Shown here in pieces: positions 50,511-64,000 of a stretch of DNA of 64,000 bases. Position numbers and translations under genes: made by a program. Positions within the stretch are counted from its first letter, which is position 1. Every line of letters begins with the position of its first letter. Where the stretch lies: NCBI RefSeq assembly GCF_009914755.1, contig NC_060933.1; one strand, given 5' to 3'. Under the pieces are notes generated by a model, which did not search any database, had not been told where the DNA came from, and saw only the letters and a program-made list of their open reading frames with translations. The stretch comes from the human T2T-CHM13v2.0 reference genome, Homo sapiens.

Positions 50511-51071
50511 AAAAAATTATCTTAAAATATTTAATTGACAAAAATTGAATCCACTCAAGGTGTACAATGTGATGATTTGATATATTTATACATTGTTTAT
50601 TGATTATTAGAATCAAATTTGTTAACACATCTATTCCCACACACGCTGTACACTAGATCCTCAGAACTTGTTCATGTTATAACTGAAAATTTGTACCCTT
50701 TGACCATCATCTCCCCACATAAGCCAGCAATCCCACTTTTGGGTGTATATCCAAAAGATGCAAAATAAGCATCTTGAAAAGATATCTGCACTTCTATATT
50801 CATTGCAGTATCATTCAGAATAGCCAAGATATGGAAACAACTTAAGTGTCTGTAGACAGACAAATAAAGAAAATGCAGTGTATATGTCTATATACAAACA
50901 CAATGGAATATTATTCAACCATAAAAAGGAAGGAAATCATGCCATTTGTGACAATGTGGATGAACCTACAGCCCATTACAATAAGTGAAATAAGCCAGCC
51001 CCAGAAAGACAATACTGCATGATCTCACTTATTTGTGAAATCTAAAAAAAGTCAAACTTATAGAAACAGAG
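50511..51071 (-). mobile_element. L1MA 3' fragment with 5' inversion (twin priming)
   Basis: 50511-~50720 is minus, ~50721-51071 is plus; TSD gtcag(a/g)cattttt. Confidence 0.85.
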
Positions 51072-52370
51072 GTCAGGCATTTTTTGCTTTCTTGGGGGCA
51101 GCTCTGTACCTAGCCCTCTGTGTTTTGTTTTAAATACATTTTGAAATAATGAAATATTAATGATTTTAGTGGATTTGTTTAGATATCGTTCACATATGTA
51201 CAAACATCAAACTTGCTTTATTCTTAAAATTGTGTGTACTTTTCTTGGCTCCCAAACCCCATGCCTACATGCAACAGAAAAACTAAATTTCGTCAGGCAG
51301 GTAAACTTCGTCTTAAGTTCACTAAGCTTTTAGTTGATCCAATTTTTATTAGGACAATCTCAGTCACTGCTCAGGTTAGAGTTACCGTCTCAGGGTAGGT
51401 TTTTCTTCCTCAGTGGTTTTCCTTACCCCCCTCTGGGATCTTCTGATTTCACAGGATTGGTTTCTGGCAAGCAGGGACAGGGCTTGATGGGCGTGGGCTG
51501 ACTGGTGGCACCTGGAAGTTGGGGACTGCTTGGTGGCCACCTCAACATTGGCTCTGGCCACTTGTGCCCTTGGTCTGCTCTGTAACACAGGCAGTGTCTA
51601 GTCCTATGCCCCTGCCACTGGCTGTCTTGGTCCCTATGTGTGTGACACCTCACATGGCCTGCAGGCATGCAGCAGGCACCCCCTATTGTGGTCCCCTGGT
51701 GTTGGTGAGCCTGTGGAGACAATGCTGTTTCCTGCCTCCACCCCTAACAGGCTGGCATGTGGCTCTGTCAAGCAATCTCTTAGACTGGCAAGCCTGACCC
51801 TTCCCTGATCATCTTTTGGGGCCTGATAGGAAATCATAAGAAATCTCAAAATTTCTTTCCATCTAACTTTGGGAGATTTAGATGAAACTTTGTAGATCCT
51901 TATCCTCACTACCCCTCTATGAGTCCTTCTCTCCTGCCTGGCCACTCACCTCAGGTGCCACCAGAGCCAATCCTACAACTGAATAGTTCTCAGGAAGGCT
52001 GTAACCAGCACACCTGGACAAGATGTATTCCCAAAATGGAATCGGCTATCACCTCACTTTTAGTCTCCCCAGCACTCTTTTAAAACTTCAGCCTCCACTT
52101 TTCTTCATAAAGGCTACCCAGTCTAGCCTTCATCAGAGCCTTAATGTGGCGGCAGAGGAGCATCTGTCATTTGGGATAGGATCTTTTGTTGAACTTGGGT
52201 GCTGAAGAAGATACCCTCCTTTATTCTCCACTTTGAGCTGTTTTCATGAAACCCCGTACTTCCACCGACTGTTAGAATGGAGGACTGCTCCCCAAAATGA
52301 AGACACAAAATCATCTTGCTGTATGATATGCATTTTGGGGTACCCTTCACATTCATGATATCCATAGTTT

Positions 52371-53914
<1,544 letters not shown>

Positions 53915-53938
53915 TCAATTGTTTTTAATTATCTCCAG

Positions 53939-54046
53939 TATTCTAGAGTGAAGCCCATAGTGACACCACGTTTTTCCCTCTCCTGCTCTGAGACTTTGAT
54001 GGGTGAACTGGGCAACATTGCTAAAACCCGTGATTTGCACATTCAG
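53939..54046 (+). CDS. GDA: GDA exon 7 (YSRVKPIVTPRFSLSCSETLMGELGNIAKTRDLHIQ)
   Basis: ctccag|TATTCT...ATTCAG|gtgggt; 108 nt, phase 0 to 0; TPRF motif of guanine deaminases. Confidence 0.98.
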
Positions 54047-55816
54047 GTGGGTATTCTTCTTCTCTTTATGCCTCTATGCAGACCTGCAAGATTTCTCAGC
54101 ACCCTTAAATCATCATTTCCAATAATCTGTAGTTGTTTTACTGAGTAATCTGTTTCTTCAACTGAGATATCCTAGAGTCACAGCATAACAGGAGAGAAAG
54201 GACCCCTGTAGATATCACCTAATCCAATTCTTTCATTTTGCAGATAAGAAACCTGAAGTTCCTTATACCCTCAATGTTTTCTGATCAGTCTTCTAAAGAC
54301 AAGAAAATCGTTTTAAGTAGTGGCAAGATCAATAACAGACTGTGATCTATTCTCTGTAGGATACATTTAATGCATTTATTTCCTACTTCTCTTTCACTTG
54401 ATACTTTCTCAGTGTGTTCTGTACCTTCATTCTTAGAGAAACCAGCTATTATTTGAAAAGCAAAAAGAGCCTAATTTCCACCTTACAAAATAGCATTTAA
54501 AATCCCTTTTGTTCTGAGTTTCTTAATTTAAAATCAGAACAAAAAAGTATACCTTGCTTTGTCATTAAATTGTTGCAATTTAGGAATAAAACACTTTTTT
54601 AAAGCTTATATCTGGGTTAAAATTGAGAGTTCCCCTTCTCCCATCCAAGCTTAATTACATACTGTACTAAAATTTCTCCTCTTAGGAGTTGACGGTCTTA
54701 TAAGAAAGGTCAGATCAGGGCAGAGACAACACATTGATTCTTTACCATTTGTAAATCAGTGTTTTTTTGGTTTTTGTTTCCCAAATCTATTTTCTTAGGA
54801 ACCATTAACCGCTCTCACCTTCCCTATTATTGTTATTATTATTTGCAGCCTATAATTTTTGAATTTTTAATTCAGTCCCACACATTTCTCTGCTGGAGAT
54901 AAAATTCAAAACTTACCTGATGTTTCTGCTTTGCAAACAAAATGCTTCTGTCGCCGACAAAATAAAATACACATGAACATTTAAAAATACATGAAAAATA
55001 AGATGAGAAGAACACACAACAAAATCAAGTTTATCCTTGCTAGAGAGATGCATGTGGATGTATGCACATTTACTCACATTTATCCAAATGACTCGAATCA
55101 TCAGATTGTCCTTTCTTCTGTTGCTGTCCATGCATTTCATCGGTGGTCTGGGACTTCCTCAAGGCCAGGGATGGAGTTCATTGTCTGAGTAAAACACGTG
55201 TTTTCAGAACATTGCTATTTTTTTCTTTTAAAAATTTAGCTACGCATATTCTAAATGGCATTGCCATTCTTGGAAGTATTAATTATGCCCTCTTAGATTT
55301 TGTGGTGCCCTAGAGAAAGGTCTTAGGGGCCTTTTTCAGTGTGGGGGCATAGGACTTATTGTTTTGCTTGCATGTGGATTCTTATGGGCTGTTTCTTGAT
55401 GACCGTGGAATTTTCTAGCTCAGCTATTTTCAAACTCTTTTTTGGAGAACTCATTCTGGAAACTAACAAAGGGCACAGAATGGAGACAGGGTCCCAGAGT
55501 CTCAATCCTGCTGCATCCGGAGGGGCAGTGCTTTTATGCCTTCTATATATTGGGTTTCTGTGAATTTTTATATGAATAATATATTCAGTGCTGAGAGAAT
55601 TTGGAAAATCACTCATCTAGCCCAACCCTTTTTTTTTTTTTTTTGAAAGATGGGAAAATTGCTGTCCAAAGAAAAGAATGACTTTCTCTAGGACACATAG
55701 CTGTCAGAACTTGGGCCAAACCCAGCTCTCTTTACTCAAATTCCAGTGTTCATATAAGTGAACCCCACTGTCTGCTTTTTTATGAACACTGAGCTCTTTT
55801 CTTAAACGGCCAGTAT

Positions 55817-56110
<294 letters not shown>

Positions 56111-56493
56111 GGCCAGCACCAGAAGAGGCAGGTTGCTAGGGTCCTGACTATCTTCAAGGAGGACTTCATATTTGTTCCAGCTGGAGGTCAGAATTTGAAA
56201 AGACTTTGTTGGAAAAATTTGTCTTGATATTATACATACACATACACACCCACACCCACATCCACACACACACACTACATGTTCATAATATTCAGTTTCT
56301 TTGTCATATACATTATATTATCTATGATGAATATAATTGTTTCTAACAAAATGCATGTGTAATCTTCATTGCCTTTCTATGTGGTCCCTTAAATAGGCAA
56401 GTAGAAAACCATTCACACCATTTTGAGGTAGGAAGTGTAATTTCTAATGGTATTTTACAGAAGAAAAATGAAAATATTATTTTTTTCTTGTAG

Positions 56494-56601
56494 AGCCATA
56501 TAAGTGAAAATCGTGATGAAGTTGAAGCTGTGAAAAACTTATACCCCAGTTATAAAAACTACACATCTGTGTATGATAAAAACAATCTTTTGACAAATAA
56601 G
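56494..56601 (+). CDS. GDA: GDA exon 8 (SHISENRDEVEAVKNLYPSYKNYTSVYDKNNLLTNK)
   Basis: ttgtag|AGCCAT...AATAAG|gtaagt; 108 nt, phase 0 to 0; HxxE catalytic motif. Confidence 0.98.
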
Positions 56602-56805
56602 GTAAGTTTTATATCATGACATAATCTGTTTAAAGGAGGGCATATTTATCTCAATTTTAAAATCTCAATAGTAATCTTCAGATTTCTGATATGAATACAT
56701 TTCTTTAAAAATTTTTTTTAAAGTTTTAATTTTTGTGGGTACACAGAAAGTTTATATATCTATGGGGTACATGTGTATACATTTCTTAAATTAGAGTAAA
56801 GCCTA

Positions 56806-56849
56806 GTGTGTGTGTGTGTGTGTGTGTGTGCGTGTGTGTGTGTGTGTGT
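56806..56849. repeat. (TG)n microsatellite
   Basis: ~22 units with one CG interruption. Confidence 0.97.
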
Positions 56850-57650
56850 AGTTAAAAATGGACCCGAAGTTTCATCTTAGTGAATTAAATGTAAAGGCTT
56901 CATTGAAGATGGGAATGTCATTTGGTCCAAGGACATTTTAACAGTATCTATTAGAATGTAAACCTACATTTCTTTGAGTCAGCAGATGCATTTCTAAGAA
57001 TTCACTCTAAGTAATATGAATAGGGATGCTAATTTTATATTAAAGTTTAAAAATTGTTATCGGTGAGGGATTAAATTACAGAGCATACATAGGATTTTAT
57101 CCAGCATTCACAAAGAAAGAGGTATGCAGGCTTACAAGGAAGAATGTTTGTGTAATATTATTTGATGTGTATGTACATATGTATAGATGCATGCTTACTT
57201 AGAAAAAAACTGTCTGAAAGACACAACTTGAGTATTAAAAATGACTCTTCCTGAGGGACAAACCAGAAGGACTTTCTGCTTTTTATTTTTAAATACTCTG
57301 AGAGTGCTTTTAAAAAATGAGTATGCATTACTCCTATAATTAAAATTAATATGTGTGAAGAGACCTCATTACAATAATGTACTACTTGGCCTTGGCCTTC
57401 AATGAAATGTACAAACCGCATGGAGAGTTTACCATAGCAAATAATTTCTTAGTGACTGTGTGAATGGAGATATGAATATAACTGATTTAAAAGGTTAATA
57501 CTTTGCATAAATCATGTAAAAGCTACACCATAGTTTTCATTCTTTATATATTTTCCATATGATTAATAAATTAACCTTCCATTTGCATGTTAATTTTATT
57601 TGAACAGAGATTGGGAAAGTTATATTTTAATAATAATTCTGTAGTCACTG

Positions 57651-57970
<320 letters not shown>

Positions 57971-58755
57971 TCAAAGGGGAAAGCAAGTTGGGTACAGGTT
58001 TTGTACTGAGAGAAAAATAATTTTGAAAGAGTAAAGTCTTATTTAAGAAAATCTACAAATAAATACTACCAACATTAAAAATTTAGAGAGGTCTCGTGTG
58101 TGCAGTGCCTGCTTTCTTGGATCAATTTTACTTTCTGAATTAATGATTATAAGATGTTAAATTTCCTAGTTTTTATGAAAATATAAACGTAGGTGAGTTA
58201 AAAGTTTATTTAGTTGAAAATATCAAGGCCATTGGCACTTACATTGAAGCTAGGAGCAGAAATAAAGAACAGCGCTTTGCAGGATTACTCTCACAGCTTT
58301 CACATACTGAGAAGGGACTTTTAGTTCTAGAAAGTTTTTTTAGAATTGGAGCAAGCACAACACTACCAGTTGCTTCCCATATAAACTTAGAAAAGAAAGT
58401 AACTTGACAGTCTTCTAAAGTAGAGATGAGAAAATCATGTTATCTTCCATCTGGATGGATATTCTGTGCTGTAGATCACCTGGACCAAACCCTCATTACT
58501 TTATAGATCAACAAAAAGAATCTAAGTAAACTCCACAAATTTCCTGAGACTTTCGTAAGACAATGTGTTTACAGGCCTTTTCTAAGGTATAACTTGTACC
58601 TAGCAACTTTGTACATATAGATCATCATAAATGTTCTTGTGAAGATGCTAACAGCCAAGCTACAGCTTCGGTCTCTCTCTAAAATACCTTGTGAGTGAGT
58701 ACCCACTTAATCATTTGTGAGCGGTAAACTCCACGTAGGGCACTCTTTTCTCCAG

Positions 58756-58853
58756 ACAGTGATGGCACACGGCTGCTACCTCTCTGCAGAAGAACTGAAC
58801 GTATTCCATGAACGAGGAGCATCCATCGCACACTGTCCCAATTCTAATTTATC
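58756..58853 (+). CDS. GDA: GDA exon 9 (TVMAHGCYLSAEELNVFHERGASIAHCPNSNL-S)
   Basis: ctccag|ACAGTG...TTATC|gtaagt; 98 nt, phase 0 to 2; MAH and HCPxSN motifs. Confidence 0.98.
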
Positions 58854-59418
58854 GTAAGTAGACAATGATTGTTTGGTAGATTACGAATGATTGGGTTGCA
58901 GATTAGCAGCCAAATGCCTTTGTTTCCTCTGTCATTCCTCCAGGATCTCCCCTCTATTCTGTGTTTGGCAGGACCCAGATAGATAGACATTTACTCGTGC
59001 TGTTGAGGAGTAAAAGAGAACACGTAAGAGGACATTTATCTCAGAGGACACGTGAAGAGCACAGCATCTTCTGAAATCTCTGAGTTTGTACAAAAAAAGG
59101 ACAATAGGGAATACAACATAAAAAATTTACAGTGAAAGTACTGAAAGAACCCATATGTCAGCCAGGAAATCCAGAAGAGGGTAGTCACTCCCATTACTGT
59201 TTGTGCTGTAGTGTGAGAAGGAAACACAGCAATACCAAAGCAAATGCACTATGATGTATGTTACCCTGTTGGACCTGACGGAATGCCAGCCCACACAGGC
59301 AAGCCCAGGAGGACCTTGTCCTATTATAATTCCCCAGAATACAGAGGTGTTATTTATTAACTGGTTCTTAACCTTTTGAAAGGTGATGGATCCGTAAATG
59401 AATAAAATGAAAGTTATT

Positions 59419-60392
<974 letters not shown>

Positions 60393-61009
60393 TTATGGGT
60401 TGTTGTTGAGGGCTCCTGGGCAGAGTGGAGAAGAGTATTAATTCCCTGGAACTTCTGGCCGTCCCCAAACAAGGGCAGAGCAGGCTCTAGCACAGGAGAG
60501 AGCTGAGAAAGCTCCTAGGCAAAGAGCTGGAGGCATTCACAGTTGGAAATCTAGGGACTTTGCAAATTACAAAGATATATGTCAGTGTCATTATGGGAAG
60601 GGTGCTGAGAGCCACAGTGACATATTTCTGGAGTGCTTTAGGGACCCCAGAGGTTCTGAGTTTTCAGACTTAAAGGAGTGACACAGGGAATCTTGTCTAT
60701 GTACAGCTTAGTGACTATAATTAGGGTCTAGTTACTTGATAGTGGAAGGATTTAACACCCATTGGGTGTTAATATCCTCTAAATTAAAGCATAATCTAGC
60801 TTTGCAAATTGAGTTTTGAAGTTAAATTTCTTTAGGACACATTTCTGTTTAAATGGTCACTGCTGTTCTTTCTCCAGCAACTGAGAGATTTATTATGTAT
60901 GCACCAGGGCTTTCAAAATTAGAGTTATGTGCATCTTCCAGCAAACCACTTTGACCTTTGCAACTTTTTAGAATTCTAAGGATCACCTTAGTTTTCCTTT
61001 GTCTCTTTA

Positions 61010-61332
<323 letters not shown>

Positions 61333-61924
61333 GGCTGGCACATCTCTTTAGCTCAGAGTCACAAGGTCCCAAATTCAGCCCAGGAACCATCTATCCTACT
61401 TTCTCTGTCTTCAGAGGCAGCGTTTGAACAGTCAGGTCCTGACTTTTTAGGCTGCACCCCTTTTTCTAGTTGTACTCCCCTTTTTCGATCTTAAAGTCAC
61501 TACTCATTCAGGGTAACAAATTATTCCAGGCAGAGAGAATAGGTAATGCTTTATAATTTCTGCTTCCTAACATAAAAAGATGTGTTGGTTAGAAAATATT
61601 AAAGACAGATAAAAGACTTTTGTATTAATTGCAAAGTTTGATTTCTTCATTTTTTTCCCATACAAACGATCCCCTGCTTTTCCTTCTGGCTCTTGCTGCT
61701 TTGTGCCCACCTGAGATTAACCTTGGCCCAAGGATTAGGCTATTTTATGATCCTGTTTACTCCAGGACTTGGATGGTCTGATTTGACTAATATGTTTGTG
61801 TCAACATTAGAGCCGATATATTGGGAAGCACAATTTTCAGTGGCATCACCGTCATTGTTATTAGTGTTCATCTTTTATTGGAAACACATGGATCTCCTTG
61901 TTCTGACATCTCCTCTCTCTACAG

Positions 61925-61992
61925 GCTCAGCAGTGGATTTCTAAATGTGCTAGAAGTCCTGAAACATGAAGTCAAGATAGGGCTGGGTACAG
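61925..61992 (+). CDS. GDA: GDA exon 10 (LSSGFLNVLEVLKHEVKIGLGT-D)
   Basis: ctacag|GCTCAG...TACAG|gttagt; 68 nt, phase 2 to 1; the Asp codon of GLGTD is split by intron 10. Confidence 0.97.
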
Positions 61993-62104
61993 GTTAGTGG
62001 TTCACCATTTGGAGCTATGGCAAAGTGGTTGATTACTGTGTAATTTTCTAATGTGACTAATTTGCAGGTGACTGTTCTGTTTAAAAAAAAAAAAATTAGT
62101 TTTG

Positions 62105-62457
<353 letters not shown>

Positions 62458-64000
62458 TCAAAGATTAGGCTATAAAGGATGATTAATTCCTTCTGACGTG
62501 TTTCAGAGGTATTCTAAAAAGTCCTTGACTTTTGTTTTGTTTTGTTCTTCTGGCTAGGTTTTAATGGTTTGGATTTCTATATTTTTAGTTTTCAATAACT
62601 GTCATTACAAATGCTGTCTCAAAAGAAATTTTTTTGTCCTTGCCATAGTGAGCACAGATTCAATCTATGACAGAATTGAGAATTCGGATGTATGTTAAGA
62701 ATTGGTTTTGCTTTTAAGCAACGTTTAGCCAAATGAGACCTCTCCATATCCACAGGCAGTCTGCTTGTCTACTAGGCTGAGGGATGTTCTAAGTGCATAT
62801 GAATTAGTGACGGATTAGTGATGTTTCCTTTCTTCACAGTACATTTTAATTGTGTTTCTTGAGAGTGTGCAAGCGTTGCTTGCTTCGAAAGTGTGAGTCA
62901 GGCCCAAATTTCTAGGTGTCCTCTGTGAGGCTTCTTTTATGACTGAATGACTGAATTAAAAATTTTTTTAATGGGTATGGGGCAGGAGGACGTGTTTTCT
63001 GTTCTTGATGCCTTTATCTTCCTCATATTTAAGAGCATCAGGCTGTATGCATGTTGACACTGGTGGTTTTCATCACTTTCTGCAGGAACTCAAGTCTCAG
63101 TTTGTTATAGTGAGACATTTTACAAAGTAATTAACTGGTAAGACACAATAATACGCATAATGATTTTACTGATATTTTGAAAGAGGTATATATTAGATTA
63201 GAAGTTTTTCCCTATTTTATGGGAATCAAAGTAATCAAGATTTTGAAAATTCTAATTTAAGCCTGAAATCATCAAGATTGTGATAATTCTACATAAAGTC
63301 ACAGGTGTTAAAGGAGGAAACCAGTGATTTTATGTTCACAAAAAAGCTTCAAGGGATAAGAAAAAAATGGCCAAGAGTTTTGGTTACACACTATAGTCAG
63401 TTAATATGAAAAATTTAGCAGACACATAAAAATCAGTCAGATATTGTTTTCAGATATTCTAGGATTTTGGTCTCCATAATTTAAGTTCATCACATGACTT
63501 CCTTTTCTTGACTTTGGATTGTTTAGTGATGGTCTATAAAGTTCAAGTTGAGTTCTAGCTGTCACTTATTATCTGTAAGACCTTGAGAAAATTAATTTTC
63601 TAGTAGTTTTTAGTCAAGGATTCATTTCCTGATTTCTACAACAATAGTAACTAGCAATTACAACTATGTCTATCTTACAAGCTGTTTAGAGAATTAAACT
63701 TTAAAATGCATGCAAATTGGTTAGCACAGTGCCTGCCTGGCACATGACACAAATCAATCAAGATTGGCTTAAAAAGGAAAGGGCGAAGTTGGTGTATTGA
63801 CCAAACGTTTGAATAAATATGACCTATTAGCTTATTTACTCAGAGGATGGTGTTTCATTTTTACCTAGTCCTTTTTGCAATTTAGTCACCCTCTACTCTA
63901 CTATTTCCTAAACGTGACTTTTGTGTATCAATTTACCCTTCAATTTGTAAACTTTAGAAGATTATTATACCTCATACTATGAATAGAGAGCAAGTCCAAG

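Overview
This is primate (very probably human) genomic DNA from inside the guanine deaminase gene GDA (guanase/cypin), on the + strand. It holds the last ~26 kb of intron 1, nine consecutive coding exons (conventionally exons 2-10) and the start of intron 10. The exons total 865 nt, all have AG/GT boundaries, and they splice into one open frame from IVFLEEAS... to ...KIGLGT, including the amidohydrolase motifs MPGLVDTHIH, HISE and MAH. Exon 1 and the 3' exons lie outside the window. The introns are mostly interspersed repeats: more than 30 Alus, L1s, MaLR/ERV LTRs, hAT and Tigger fossils, and MIR/L2. Nearly all ORFs in the supplied track are repeat-derived noise. I found no convincing new gene system. 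The best second-look items are: (1) a 226-bp duplication bracketing exon 4 that keeps a perfect 21-22 bp hairpin stem in both copies; (2) retrotransposon insertions within 45 nt of the acceptors of three consecutive exons, including an L1 that appears to have displaced the exon 7 branch point; (3) inverted Alus enclosing exon 5; (4) several templated-insertion scars. Repeat subfamily names and residue numbers are from memory, not from a search.
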